From Arenicellales bacterium (GTDB taxonomy: Bacteria > Pseudomonadota > Gammaproteobacteria > Arenicellales > JAJDZL01): a stretch of 64,000 nt of DNA. The stretch lies in the NCBI GenBank assembly GCA_965116205.1, contig OZ220493.1, positions 1,412,510 through 1,476,509 of the forward strand, read 5' to 3'. Below the pieces are notes generated by a model, which saw only the letters and a program-made list of their open reading frames with translations, had not been told where the DNA came from and did not search any database. The translations under genes and the position numbers were made by a program. Shown in pieces: positions 58,547 through 64,000 of the stretch (positions are counted from its first letter, which is position 1; each line of letters begins with the position of its first letter).

Positions 58547-61500
58547 ATGAAAAAAAGCTCGGATGCTTCTAGCATCCATATCGGCCATGGCACTTGGATT
58601 CCAGGTGGTGGCGCCGAATTCGACAATTCTGGAAAATTCTTTTTCTGGATTGAGACTTCGGTTATCCCAAAGATGAAAATCAAGCGGAAGGCAAGTTTTC
58701 ACCCTCACCATCTTGCGGACCCGGATGACCTGTATAAATTCCTGTCCGCTGGCCTGTTGCTGAGCAACTCGATGATTGCCAGACTTGAACCCCAGGCGGC
58801 GACTTATTGGCTATTCCTGCCCAGTCATGAAAAAAAGCCTTTACCCAGCATTGCATTGGCGCAGATGTTTCATGCTTCTCTACAAGATGATGCGCAAGAC
58901 TTAACGTGGCATTGCTGGGAAATTCAGGGAGTTTGCGTTTCTAGACCCATGCTGTTCTTAAAGGAACTTGACTACATCAATACTTTTCAACGACCTGATC
59001 TGTTTCTGGGACACGACATCTGGTTCTGGATTCGTTACAGCCGTGCACTGGGCGATATAGTCCGGCGACATCATTTTCTGCCGGTGATGAAATGCCGCCA
59101 CCCCGGCGACGAGAGTGCTCCGCCGCAGATTCACAGCAGCTGGGCACCTGCTGCCCAACAGTATGAAAGTAACCTTCGAGAGTTTGCTCGAGCTATGCCT
59201 GGTATTTGCAGAATCTCCCATCATGAAAAAAAACCGAAAAGGCCGGAGGTGGTACAGCCACCATGTTTGGCGCCGGTTGGATTACTTCGACACTTTTCTG
59301 AACAACAGACGAACCAATTGGTTACTGACGCGATGGTCACAAAAACGACACTCAACCAGTTCAAAGGACAATGGCCGCAAGAGGCATTGCGTGGCCCTAT
59401 GTGTTTTTCGACCTTAGCCGAACACGAACTGACTATGGATGACTGGCGAGGCTGGCGCGCCTGGCATCAGTCTATCCTCGGTCGGCAAGGTCCGTTCCTC
59501 GAACATGATGGAGCAGAGCAGATGGGATTTGTTTTGGGCATTCGTTTGAGTCAGGTTGACGATGAAACTGACGATGCCTTACAACTCACATTTTTTGTTT
59601 CCGCGGTGCAGGACCCATCGCTACAAATTAATCTCGAAGAGTGGTGGGCGCAGTCTGAAGAGCAGCAAACCAGCTGGCTAAAACACTTCGGTCAGCAGTT
59701 TGAGCGCAATCTTCTGGTGTATTTGGGCCATGCTGCGCGGATTTGTCCATTGTTGTGGCAAGCGATGGAAACGCCTCAGCCAATTGGTATTGACATTGAT
59801 ATTAACACGGCGTACGAGTTTCTAAAAAATGATGCTCTGGTACTGGAATCAGCTGGCTTCAGAGTTCTCCTTCCAAGCTGGTGGACCCCAAAAGGACGCC
59901 AGCGGGCGCGTCTGCGTGTCAACGCCTCCAGCAAATCAGGCACCGTCTCTTCGGCAGAAATCTCATCCGGTTATTTCAGTTTTGATAAGGTCGTCGAATT
60001 CAGTTATGAATTTGCCGTAGGCCAGCACTTAGTCAGTGAGGATGAATGGCGGCAACTGGTCAATGCCAAGACTCCATTAGTTCGATTTCGCGGTGAATGG
60101 ATGGAACTGGACCGAGAGCAAATGGGGCGGATGCTGGAACTGGTGCACGGGCAGGAACAGGGTTTGACTACATTTTCCAGCATGCTGAAAGAAATTGCTG
60201 AAGCCGACACAGAGACCACCGAATATGTCTTTGATCGTGTTTTAGATGATATTCTCAGACGACTGCAACAGAAAGAGGCCATTCAACCTTTAGAAGATCC
60301 TGCTAACCTCAATGGTACACTGAGAGCTTACCAGAAGATCGGCGTTTCTTGGTTGACCACCATGGAATCTTTGGGACTCAATCCCTGTTTGGCCGATGAT
60401 ATGGGGCTAGGCAAGACGATTCAGGTTATCGCTCTGGTGCTCCATGAACGGGCAACTGCCGCAACTGGAGAGAAAAGTGCTCCTGCCATTACATTGTTGA
60501 TCGCTCCCACTTCCGTCATGGGTAACTGGCAGCGAGAGATCTGGAAATTCGCTCCGCAACTGAAGTGCATGCTTCATCACGGTAGTGATCGAATCATGGA
60601 AGCAGGAAAACTGAAAAAGGCCTGTGCTCGCAACGATTTCTTGATTACCTCATTCAGCATTGCCCGCCGTGACAGTGCGTTGCTCAAGCAACAGCAATGG
60701 GGTCGCATTGTGGTGGACGAAGCACAGAACATCAAGAATCCCAAGTCTGCGCAAGCCAAAGCGATTTGTGCACTGGAGGCACCACATCGTATTGCGCTGA
60801 CCGGAACACCGATTGAAAATCGTTTAATGGACTTGTGGTCATTGTTCCATTTTCTTAATCCAGGTTTTCTTGGTAACGAAACGCAATTCAGAAAGGCATA
60901 CGAGATGCCGATCCAACGTCACGGTGATCAGGCACGAACTCGACAACTACAGAAACTCGTTCACCCCTTCATTCTACGCCGCATGAAGACGGACCCAGCA
61001 ATCATCAGTGATCTACCTGATAAGGTGGAACAGAAAATATACTGCAACCTGACTCAGGAACAGGCCTCACTGTATCAAGCCGTAGTTGATGACGTGCTGA
61101 AACAACTAGAGGAAGCCGACGGTATGCAACGCCGCGGCATGATACTGGCTACCCTCATGAAGTTGAAGCAGATCTGCAACCACCCAGCACAGTTTCTTCA
61201 GGATGCAAGCCCCTTTACTGAAACTCGGTCCCAAAAGTTGGAACGTCTCAATGGGATGATCGAAGAAGCATTGGAAGAAAAAAGCAGTATGCTGGTTTTT
61301 ACCCAGTTCACGGAAATAGGGATAGAGCTCGAGCGTTTCGTTCGCGACCGGCATCGTTGTCCAGTACACTATTTGCATGGCGGCACCAATCGGGGCCAAC
61401 GACAGCGAATGATTGAAAACTTCCAGAACCCAACCACTCCTGCAGGAATCTTCATACTGTCTCTGAAAGCCGGTGGAGTCGGTATCACCTTAACCCGTGC

Positions 61501-61777
61501 TAATCATGTTTTCCATTTCGATCGCTGGTGGAACCCAGCGGTCGAAAATCAGGCGACTGACCGCGCTTACCGCATCGGACAAAAGAAAACCGTTTTCGTA
61601 CACAAGATGGTAACACTTGGAACACTTGAAGAGAAGATTGATGCCATGATTGAAGATAAAAAAGCACTGGCTGAAAATATTGTCGGGGCGGATGAAAATT
61701 GGATTACTGAGATGGACAACGAACAGTTCGGACAGTTGATTTCACTGAATCGTCAAGCGATCATGGAGGCCGCATAA
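58547..61777 (+). CDS. SNF2-family helicase with long N-terminal region and SNF2-helicase-associated domain (YwqA-like)
   Basis: 1,076 aa. Associated-domain block LLPSWWTPKG...FSYEFAVGQHLVSEDEWRQLVNAKTPLVRFRGEWMELD. Motif I LADDMGLGKT, motif II VVDEAQNIKN, motif VI QATDRAYRIGQ. Confidence 0.85.
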   Translation: MKKSSDASSIHIGHGTWIPGGGAEFDNSGKFFFWIETSVIPKMKIKRKASFHPHHLADPDDLYKFLSAGLLLSNSMIARLEPQAATYWLFLPSHEKKPLPSIALAQMFHASLQDDAQDLTWHCWEIQGVCVSRPMLFLKELDYINTFQRPDLFLGHDIWFWIRYSRALGDIVRRHHFLPVMKCRHPGDESAPPQIHSSWAPAAQQYESNLREFARAMPGICRISHHEKKPKRPEVVQPPCLAPVGLLRHFSEQQTNQLVTDAMVTKTTLNQFKGQWPQEALRGPMCFSTLAEHELTMDDWRGWRAWHQSILGRQGPFLEHDGAEQMGFVLGIRLSQVDDETDDALQLTFFVSAVQDPSLQINLEEWWAQSEEQQTSWLKHFGQQFERNLLVYLGHAARICPLLWQAMETPQPIGIDIDINTAYEFLKNDALVLESAGFRVLLPSWWTPKGRQRARLRVNASSKSGTVSSAEISSGYFSFDKVVEFSYEFAVGQHLVSEDEWRQLVNAKTPLVRFRGEWMELDREQMGRMLELVHGQEQGLTTFSSMLKEIAEADTETTEYVFDRVLDDILRRLQQKEAIQPLEDPANLNGTLRAYQKIGVSWLTTMESLGLNPCLADDMGLGKTIQVIALVLHERATAATGEKSAPAITLLIAPTSVMGNWQREIWKFAPQLKCMLHHGSDRIMEAGKLKKACARNDFLITSFSIARRDSALLKQQQWGRIVVDEAQNIKNPKSAQAKAICALEAPHRIALTGTPIENRLMDLWSLFHFLNPGFLGNETQFRKAYEMPIQRHGDQARTRQLQKLVHPFILRRMKTDPAIISDLPDKVEQKIYCNLTQEQASLYQAVVDDVLKQLEEADGMQRRGMILATLMKLKQICNHPAQFLQDASPFTETRSQKLERLNGMIEEALEEKSSMLVFTQFTEIGIELERFVRDRHRCPVHYLHGGTNRGQRQRMIENFQNPTTPAGIFILSLKAGGVGITLTRANHVFHFDRWWNPAVENQATDRAYRIGQKKTVFVHKMVTLGTLEEKIDAMIEDKKALAENIVGADENWITEMDNEQFGQLISLNRQAIMEAA

Positions 61778-62613
61778 TGGTTCAGATGGTACGCACCTGG
61801 TGGGGAGAAAAATTTCTGGATGCGCTGATCAACTATATGGATTTAGGTCGTCTTAAGCGCGGCCGGTCTTACTCCGGTCCTTGGCGACTGAAGGCATTCG
61901 AAATCAATGGGCATCGGGTTAACGCCAAAGTACGGGGCAACACCAATCCTTATTTTGGGGTTTATACTGAACCCACCTACGAGGTTCAGGTTTCATTGAA
62001 AACTTTTTCAAAAACGGATTGGGAGAGAGTTACGAAAGACATCAGTAACCATGCTGCCACTCTGTCACAGTTAATGCTTGATGAAATGCCGCCTGGTATT
62101 GAAAAAATATTTGCCGCGAGAAAGCTTCGCTTCCTACCGGAAAACCATTCCGACATAGAGAGTCAGTGCTCCTGTCCTGACTGGGCTTCCACCTGCAAGC
62201 ATGTGGCTGGCGTCTACTACAAAATTGCCTCATTGTTGGACCGAGATCCACTGCTGCTGTTTCAGTTGCGAGGTATGAACTTTGACCGACTGCGTGAGGC
62301 ACTGGCCACATCCAATTTGGGACAAGCATTGATTGACCAGCTTAACAGCTCCAGCGTGGAAGTGGAGTACCAGTCTCATCTCTATCCGAGCCCGGAACAG
62401 GAGTCCAATGAACATTTCAACCTAAAGTCCTTCTGGCAAGGCACTGAATTGGTGCCGGAGCCCAACCGATTGGAGGGCGATGCTGTCACTCCCGCGATCT
62501 TAATCAAGAAAGGCGGTGATCTTCCCAAGTTCTGGCATCATAACCAATCGTTCATTCAAATGATGGAACCAATCTACACTCGAATTGTCGATAAAAATCG
62601 TAATTCACTTTGA
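61777..62613 (+). CDS. SWIM zinc-finger protein (YwqB-like partner of the SNF2 helicase)
   Basis: 278 aa. SWIM signature CSCPDWASTCKHV (CxC...CxH). Its start codon overlaps the helicase stop (ATAATG). Confidence 0.8.
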   Translation: MVQMVRTWWGEKFLDALINYMDLGRLKRGRSYSGPWRLKAFEINGHRVNAKVRGNTNPYFGVYTEPTYEVQVSLKTFSKTDWERVTKDISNHAATLSQLMLDEMPPGIEKIFAARKLRFLPENHSDIESQCSCPDWASTCKHVAGVYYKIASLLDRDPLLLFQLRGMNFDRLREALATSNLGQALIDQLNSSSVEVEYQSHLYPSPEQESNEHFNLKSFWQGTELVPEPNRLEGDAVTPAILIKKGGDLPKFWHHNQSFIQMMEPIYTRIVDKNRNSL

Positions 62614-62624
62614 GTTGGCAGAAA

Positions 62625-62653
62625 GTGAAGTCAGGATTATTCCGATACTTCAC
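62625..62653. terminator. hairpin between convergent SWIM gene and downstream minus-strand genes
   Basis: GTGAAGT-15 nt-ACTTCAC, a 7-bp stem. Large loop and poor T-run. Confidence 0.25.
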
Positions 62654-62665
62654 CTTTAGCTCCAA

Positions 62666-62929
62666 TCAGGCGGCGAGCAGGTTGTTTTCGATATCGTGAA
62701 TTAAAGTTAAATCCCAACCCATCTCATGGAAAATAAAGCTGGAATCCTTACATGCAGTGCGTTTTTCTCCGGCTTGATAAACAACATTGCCAATTGAAGC
62801 AGTATTCCTTGGATTAGACATGTGTACAGCCACATGGAGTGTTTTGATAAAGCTGTAGAGTAATTCCTTGGTCAACGTCTCCCCCTGATGTAGAAAGCCG
62901 GACATATTCGGAAGGTCGAAACTCAACAT
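62666..62929 (-). CDS. hypothetical small protein downstream of the Schlafen/HATPase_c_4-type gene
   Basis: 87-aa ORF on the same strand, 47 nt after the upstream gene's stop. No motif recognised. Confidence 0.3.
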   Translation of the reverse strand: MLSFDLPNMSGFLHQGETLTKELLYSFIKTLHVAVHMSNPRNTASIGNVVYQAGEKRTACKDSSFIFHEMGWDLTLIHDIENNLLAA

Positions 62930-62976
62930 TCTGCTACAGCCGACGTTTAGTCAATTAACTTGTTAATCAGATTCAT

Positions 62977-64000
62977 TCATGCCCAAAATGGTAGATAACG
63001 GGCGTTTCTGCGAGCTTGTCCCGTCTCAAATGGCTTAATAACGCCAGCTTCTACTGCCTCTCGAATATAGCGTGATATCTGCGATTTGTTCTTTTCCTCA
63101 ACACCAAAACGCTTACGTAGAGAAATATTGGTTAGATATTTGCCGCCATCTACATGTTGAAGGCAGGCATGTAGATAACTAGCCCAAACTCGCTCATCGC
63201 GGCGCATCCTGCTCAAAGGTTTATAAGCGAACAGTGTAGCCCGTGAAAACTCACCTGAAATTTCCCACCTCGGTGGCGGAAGTTGATAAATTTCAGTTGC
63301 ATGGACAATCTTGTCCACCCCAGTACCTCGCTCTTCGCATAATCCAATACGGCGCATAAAAGCGGCAAGTTTGTCATTGCGAGATATAGGTGGTTGATCA
63401 AGTAGGCGATTGATCTCTCCAATAGGCTTGCCCGGGTTTGTGACTTCAAAACGCGTCTCAAATATTTCGATCATCGGTCCGGCACCCGTAACTTCAAAAT
63501 CTTGATGAATTAGAGCATTGACGATCAGCTCGCGGATTGCAAAAAACGGATACATCGTGTTATTTTTGCGAAAATAATCTTGGATCACTTCGTTTCTTGG
63601 CAAAAGTCCCATGATATAAGCTATCTGACTCTTAAACGCCGGTACATATCCCGTCGTACCTTCAATTTCACCTTTTACATCAAATCGATCGTTCCGATTG
63701 TAATGGATGATACGAATGGCTTTGCGTTTTAATGATGGGAATTTCGACAGATCTCGTGCAAATAAAATGGCACCGAGGTTCGTAATGTCCCATTGTCCTG
63801 CGTCGTTCTTGCGCAGAAATTCTTCCATCTCCAAAGCATCTAGGATATTTAAAGGATTTGATGGTATAGGGCGGCCCATTTGTTCGAAATAGGAGGCATA
63901 GTCTAATAAATTCAATACATCATCTGCACCCTTATCCATCAGTGACGCGCGTTGTTCAAATGGTGTAGAATCAAATTTTTGCCAGAGAATTCGCTTCTTT
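62977..64000 (-). CDS. COG2865-type putative regulator/ATP-binding protein (HATPase_c_4 domain + C-terminal wHTH; N-terminal AlbA_2/Schlafen-like part beyond the window)
   Basis: FAIRELIVNALIHQDFEVTGAGPMIEIFETRFEVTNPGKP is the typical HATPase_c_4 block. The frame stays open upstream of the tracked ATG 63939 to the window edge (..KKRILWQKFDSTPFEQRASL-MDKG..), so the gene is 5'-truncated here. Confidence 0.65.
   Translation of the reverse strand, partial: KKRILWQKFDSTPFEQRASLMDKGADDVLNLLDYASYFEQMGRPIPSNPLNILDALEMEEFLRKNDAGQWDITNLGAILFARDLSKFPSLKRKAIRIIHYNRNDRFDVKGEIEGTTGYVPAFKSQIAYIMGLLPRNEVIQDYFRKNNTMYPFFAIRELIVNALIHQDFEVTGAGPMIEIFETRFEVTNPGKPIGEINRLLDQPPISRNDKLAAFMRRIGLCEERGTGVDKIVHATEIYQLPPPRWEISGEFSRATLFAYKPLSRMRRDERVWASYLHACLQHVDGGKYLTNISLRKRFGVEEKNKSQISRYIREAVEAGVIKPFETGQARRNARYLPFWA

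Noticed and set aside
1-64000. Search for mobile-element hallmarks (transposase, integrase, IS inverted repeats, tRNA-adjacent att sites), and for tRNA, rRNA or tmRNA genes.
   Set aside because: No ORF with DDE, tyrosine-recombinase or serine-recombinase motifs was seen, and no cloverleaf-like or rRNA-like sequence in the intergenic regions I read. The accessory blocks are therefore described as islands without an identified mobility gene.

Overview
Bacterial chromosomal window. The gene content (aprBA, a YhcB/ZapG-like gene, a DUF1820-like gene) suggests a sulfur-oxidising gammaproteobacterium, but that is inference only. There are six blocks. (1) 1-2.5 kb: an edge-truncated alpha/beta hydrolase, a Rieske oxygenase and an SDR. 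(2) 2.99-15.0 kb: a seven-gene, translationally coupled operon built on a DUF499-like ATPase, a DUF1156-type Zn-ribbon DNA methyltransferase and an HKD(PLD)-SNF2 helicase. Four extra genes (a small protein, two orphans, a ComEC-type MBL hydrolase) sit between the ATPase and the methylase. This is my top candidate for an undescribed variant defence system. (3) 15.4-23.5 kb: an accessory stretch with a frameshifted stub plus three intact, mosaic tandem paralogues of an AAA-ATPase-like/PD-(D/E)XK protein, and a class II Fic gene bracketed by palindrome-bearing direct repeats. (4) 24.1-31.3 kb: arsC, choline-sulfatase, aprBA and three small or core genes. (5) 32.3-57.9 kb: one 25.6-kb ORF (8,543 aa from the ATG at 32292). 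It has a Sec signal, FN3, Calx-beta-like and PKD-like modules, an 11 x 639-bp near-identical tandem array, nested kb-scale duplications and a C-terminal autotransporter-like beta-barrel. An A4T6G11 homopolymer tract ends 8 nt before its ATG. (6) 58.5-64 kb: an SNF2 helicase + SWIM protein pair and an edge-truncated Schlafen/HATPase_c_4-type gene. I recognised no rRNA, tRNA, CRISPR array, transposase or integrase. All family assignments come from motifs read by eye and recalled family knowledge; no database search was run.
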